Below are positions 25,294 through 26,040 of a stretch of 26,040 nucleotides of DNA, piece after piece. Within the stretch, counting starts at the first letter, position 1. Each line of letters starts with the position of its first letter. The position numbers and the translations under genes are program-made. The notes beneath the pieces were generated by a model. That model did no database searches. It saw nothing but the letters and a program-made list of their open reading frames with translations, and was not told the origin of the DNA. Origin of the DNA: Candidatus Limnocylindrales bacterium (GTDB taxonomy: Bacteria > Chloroflexota > Limnocylindria > Limnocylindrales > CSP1-4); NCBI GenBank assembly GCA_049514315.1, contig JBEKVD010000041.1:1-26040 (forward strand). Reading direction: 5' to 3'.

Positions 25294-25890
25294 ATCAATG
25301 CTCACCGGCGTGCTACTCCTCGTGGGGTGCCAACCGAAAGGCGTCCAGTTAGGGGATGGAAACAACCTCAGACCGTGGCCCCTAACGCGACCGCTCAAGA
25401 TGGCCCGGCACCTGGCCGGGATCGTGGGTCACCAGCAGAGCGGGCGGGCAGGCGCGACAAGGGCGCCAGCTCGTCTGCCGCTGGCGTTCGGGCACCGCTC
25501 GGCCCCACCGGTCGAGATCGGGGGTTGGAAGCCGACAAGAGCGATGGCCCCCAGCACTCATCTAGGGGCCATCGATGCTCGTCGGGCCGGCGGGGCTACT
25601 TGCCCTTCTTGCCCTTCTTGTTCTTCTTCTTGTTGGCCAGTCTAGCCTCCTAACGGCGGGTCGACCATCACAGTGTAGGCCCGATAGATTCGGTCTCCTG
25701 CGACCGAACCAGGGCCGACGACAACCGACCGCGCGACGTGGTCTCTATGAAGAGAGCCCCGCGTGTCAAGGTCTTCGCCTGGAGGCGCCCGGGTGGGCGA
25801 GCAAGATGCGCTTCTCATGTCTCTATGGCCTCCTGGAGGGGAGGACTCGGTCGGGTTGGAGACAGAGGTGGCCCAAGTCATTGAGGGTCG

Positions 25891-26040
25891 TCAAGCGACC
25901 AGACCACGTGTGGGGCCTACCGCTCGGAACGGCTCCTGGCGCGTGAGCATGTACCAGATCGTGCCGGCGAGTTCGCGGGCGAGCTCGACTCGGGCGATCT
26001 TGCTGCCACGCTGCTTGCCGAGCCGGCGCTTCGTGCGTTG
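25891..26040 (-). CDS. IS110-family transposase, C-terminal 49 codons (gene continues beyond the window)
   Basis: The - strand is in frame from the window edge: QRTKRRLGKQRGSKIARVELARELAGTIWYMLTRQEPF...*. This matches the conserved C-terminal helix pattern of IS110/Transposase_20 proteins (K.A.VA.ARKLA..IW.ML). Confidence 0.7.
   Translation of the reverse strand, partial: QRTKRRLGKQRGSKIARVELARELAGTIWYMLTRQEPFRAVGPTRGLVA

Noticed and set aside
25246-25335. Complete tRNA gene on the - strand
   Set aside because: The T-arm, acceptor 3' strand and CCA are perfect. No D-arm can be formed, and no 5' acceptor strand complementary to CUCGCCA lies at the required ~72-76 nt distance. The only pairing partner (CGGUGAG) gives a 62-nt molecule.
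1-26040. CRISPR arrays, rRNA genes, or large direct or inverted repeats
   Set aside because: I saw no regularly spaced 25-40-nt repeats and no rRNA-like conserved blocks on either strand. The only tandem repeats seen are the 18-mer x3 in hisH and an 11-mer x2 near 16647-16668.

Overview
High-GC (roughly 70%) bacterial chromosomal segment with Actinomycetota-like gene content. Real genes here have third-codon-position GC mostly above 80%, and I used that, Shine-Dalgarno motifs and recognisable family motifs to choose among the many overlapping six-frame ORFs. Nothing was searched against a database; all family calls come from reading the translations. Positions 1-16100 are housekeeping: a tightly coupled histidine operon on the + strand (hisD partial, hisC, hisB, hisH, hisF, hisIE, with no hisA); a convergent lysine operon on the - strand (dapB, dapA, dapD, lysA) preceded by a structured leader that carries an intrinsic terminator; then SRPBCC, VOC, DUF885, an FGGY kinase/histidine-phosphatase pair and an LLM-type oxidoreductase. 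Positions 16100-26040 are an accessory patchwork of orphan small genes, DinB, a cupin, a frameshifted transposase relic, a 3' fragment of a tRNA-Gln-like gene and the 3' end of an IS110-family transposase at the window edge. The most interesting content is at about 18.1-23.3 kb. An 823-aa protein there fuses an apparently catalytically intact RelA/SpoT-type alarmone-synthetase head (SAS/toxSAS-like) to TPR-like helices, a SLOG/LOG-like module and a RyR-domain tail. Next to it are a stand-alone RelA/SpoT-type HD hydrolase (SAH-like) translationally coupled to a Cys-rich zinc-ribbon protein, a frame-switching micro-gene with a DUF4062-like signature, and a small ORF coupled to a cupin. I read this as a candidate nucleotide-alarmone toxin/defence or signalling system that I do not recognise as characterised.
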